From: an uncultured Chloroflexia bacterium
Lineage (GTDB): Bacteria; Chloroflexota; Limnocylindria; Limnocylindrales; CSP1-4
Reading direction: 5' to 3'
Assembly: GCA_963712745.1 (NCBI GenBank)
Contig: CAVQJC010000017.1
Span: 96,001 to 160,000 of the forward strand
Length of the DNA: 64,000 nt
Numbering within the stretch: the first letter of the stretch is position 1; every line of letters begins with the position of its first letter. This document shows, one piece after another, positions 61,968-64,000 of the stretch. The notes below the pieces were generated by a model. The model had not been told where the DNA came from, did no database searches, and saw nothing but the letters and a program-made list of their open reading frames with translations. A program made the translations under genes and the position numbers.

Positions 61968-62017
61968 GCCATGGCGGCGACGACCGGACATCAGCCGTTC
62001 ATGGCGGTTCGGGTCGT
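61968..62017 (+). repeat. Dispersed ~50-bp element (also near 62694 and 63816)
   Basis: GCCATGGCGG.G.CGAC...A.ATC...TTCA..TGGCG.TT.GG, three copies. Confidence 0.65.
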
Positions 62018-62090
62018 CCTGGGCTAGTCCGGCCAGCCCACGTTCGAGCCACGCGGCTGGGCATACGTCGGACCGGCCGGGCCCTCTACG

Positions 62091-62411
62091 CTATGCGCCG
62101 GGTGCGCGGAAGCTCGGCGACAGCTTGGCGGCGTCGTCGATCTCCTCGGGCGTGAGGAGCACCGTCGTGCGAACTCCCATGGCACCTGACGCCGAAGCCG
62201 TCATGGCACCGGCCGCCGCTGCCGCGTGGTCGGGCAGGTCCGCGATCAGGTAGAAGTCGTCACTACCGAACCCGAAGTAATACGCCTCGACGGTGCCGCC
62301 GAGCGACGTGATGATCTGTTCGGCCACCTCACGGCGGCGCGTGCCTCCCTCGGCAAGGACGCCGCGTGCACCCTCGGATGTGTAGCTGCCCGTGAACAGG
62401 AACTTCGCCAT
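62091..62411 (-). CDS. GYD-domain protein
   Basis: YTSEG..G, GGTVEAYYFGFGSDD, TTVLLTPEE; AGGAGG SD; TTGACA-16-TACTCT at 62467-62494. Confidence 0.88.
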   Translation of the reverse strand: MAKFLFTGSYTSEGARGVLAEGGTRRREVAEQIITSLGGTVEAYYFGFGSDDFYLIADLPDHAAAAAGAMTASASGAMGVRTTVLLTPEEIDDAAKLSPSFRAPGA

Positions 62412-62785
62412 TTCTGCCTCCTACCGCGTGGTGTCCGTGCGGACACGCAGACGTCGCGGCGAAGTCAGAGTAGGGCCCGCGTGGATGATGTCAACGACGG
62501 GCGGACGCCCGGGACCATCAGTGAACGCGATGGCATGTACATCGCAGCCCGTCCCCGTCCCTCTTGCGCCGGTGCTGACGCAGAACGGCCGACGCTCAGA
62601 CCGACACGTCCCGGTCCGCGTCGATGCCCAGGGCCAACGCCCCCTGCCGGTAGCCCAGCGCCTCGGGGGCCGGACGGCCCGGACGCGTGCATTGCCATGG
62701 CGGTGACGACCAGACATCACCCGCTTCACGTGGCGATTTGGCGGCATCGTCTGCGAGTGCCGTAGACGCCCGCGAGAGAATCGTG

Positions 62786-62868
62786 TGCAGCGGGAGGCTG
62801 TGAAGTCCGGCTCGCGTACGTTGACCCGCCTGAGTCGCTTCGAGCCACTGGCGAACCCGACCCGCGCA
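62786..62868 (+). ncRNA. c-di-GMP-II-like riboswitch variant (copy 1)
   Basis: P1 GCGGG/CCCGC, GGC-UGUGA/GA-GCC k-turn-like stem, CGCC/GGCG pseudoknot, ...CCGACC; just upstream of SD and ATG 62882. Confidence 0.55.
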
Positions 62869-62881
62869 GGAGGGGGAGGCC

Positions 62882-63739
62882 ATGCGATCCATGAGGTGGG
62901 TGCTGGCGGCGGTCGTAGCGCTGCTACTGACCGCGTCGTCCGTGCCCGGCCAGGCCGACGGCAACGAGGTCGAGTCCGGGGTCGAGCACGACCCGTTGTA
63001 CGAGGCGCTGGACGCCGAGTGCGCCAGGATCGCGAGACTCCCCTCTGGAAGGGCAGTCCAGGATGAAGGATTCCATCTGCTGGAGGGGCTGGACGCTGAG
63101 CGGAGTCACCTCGAGTGGCAGCTGGAGGGAGCCCGGAAGGCCCTTGCGGCGACGGGGCCAAGCGATGGTCAGCTTACCCCGTGGCAACGCACGGTGACCG
63201 AGGAGATCGAGGACTTCGAACAGCAGCTGGCGTTCATCCGGCTATCGCGCACGGTGATCGATGAATGCCTCGCAGGTCGCTACCAGGAGCTCGTTCGCCT
63301 TTGGGGCGCGGAGACCGAGCCGGGTACCCTTCGCGCTAGCTGGGACAAGGCCACCTGCACGGACACGCCCGGAGTCGAAGTGGCCAGGGCGGGCGCCCTG
63401 GACCTGACTCTCGGAGATGGCGGGGTTTCCGGGATCGTCCGCTGGATCTCGAAGCCAGAGCAGTCGGAGGAGGAAGCGGGCGCAGGGACCGCGGGCAGGG
63501 AGATCACCCTCGACGTCAGGGGGGCGTACGAGCATGATGGGACTATCCAGCTCATGCTGGCGAGACCCGAAGCACTGGACGAGTTCCGTTTGCGCGGGGA
63601 GGTCGAGTTCACTCCGATGGGCCTCAGGGGGAGTGGCGAGATCCGGTACGGGATCACGTTGGAAGGCTGCAACATCGGTCCGGACCCGGACGTGTGCGTG
63701 CACCAGGTCAGTTGTTCCGGACGGTGGACGAGTCAGTAG
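62882..63739 (+). CDS. Secreted hypothetical protein (helical N-half, beta-rich C-half)
   Basis: Signal peptide MRSMRWVLAAVVALLL; GGAGG SD. Confidence 0.75.
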   Translation: MRSMRWVLAAVVALLLTASSVPGQADGNEVESGVEHDPLYEALDAECARIARLPSGRAVQDEGFHLLEGLDAERSHLEWQLEGARKALAATGPSDGQLTPWQRTVTEEIEDFEQQLAFIRLSRTVIDECLAGRYQELVRLWGAETEPGTLRASWDKATCTDTPGVEVARAGALDLTLGDGGVSGIVRWISKPEQSEEEAGAGTAGREITLDVRGAYEHDGTIQLMLARPEALDEFRLRGEVEFTPMGLRGSGEIRYGITLEGCNIGPDPDVCVHQVSCSGRWTSQ

Positions 63740-63903
63740 CGGATGCTCCGCATGCCCGCGCTGCGCCTGTCGAGAGGCTGGCCGCAGCTCCGCGCCCCGG
63801 TCCCCAAGGAACATGGCCATGGCGGCGCCGACAAGAGATCTCCCTCTATTCATGGCGGTTTGGCATCGCGGGTTGATGGACAGCCGCGAGAGAATCATGG
63901 GTA

Positions 63904-63976
63904 GCGGGAGGCAGCGAGACGCGGTCCACACCCTGGCCGCCTGGACCGCGCCGAGCCACTGGCGAACCCGGCCCGC
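63904..63976 (+). ncRNA. c-di-GMP-II-like riboswitch variant (copy 2)
   Basis: Same scaffold; perfect 9-bp stem CGCGGTCCA/TGGACCGCG; followed by a purine-rich SD and ATG at 63996. Confidence 0.62.
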
Positions 63977-64000
63977 CTAGCAGAGGGGGTAGGCGATGCA

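Overview
High-GC chromosomal window, most consistent with a Chloroflexota or actinobacterium-like organism (inference from ECF/anti-sigma pairs, an F420-type nitroreductase, asnS and many apparently leaderless genes). It contains HtrA, two sugar ABC systems with a LacI regulator, a peptide-type ABC/amidase/LysR cluster, asnS, PreA/ManA/aminotransferase, MFS/MMPL transporters, two ECF sigma/anti-sigma pairs, three intact toxin-antitoxin modules plus a YefM relic, and several palindromic intergenic repeats. I recognise no tRNA, rRNA, CRISPR array, transposase or integrase. Six genes carry single-base frameshifts, four at GATC, which are probably sequencing errors. Most notable are (1) a 1.2-kaa membrane receptor PHP-TM-Cache-TM-PAS-PAS-CBS-DUF294 nucleotidyltransferase, a possible one-protein 'writer/eraser' signalling enzyme; (2) two paralogous c-di-GMP-II-like riboswitch variants near the right end; and (3) internal SD+ATG starts at equivalent positions in both anti-sigma genes. 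All domain calls are by eye from motifs; no searches were run.
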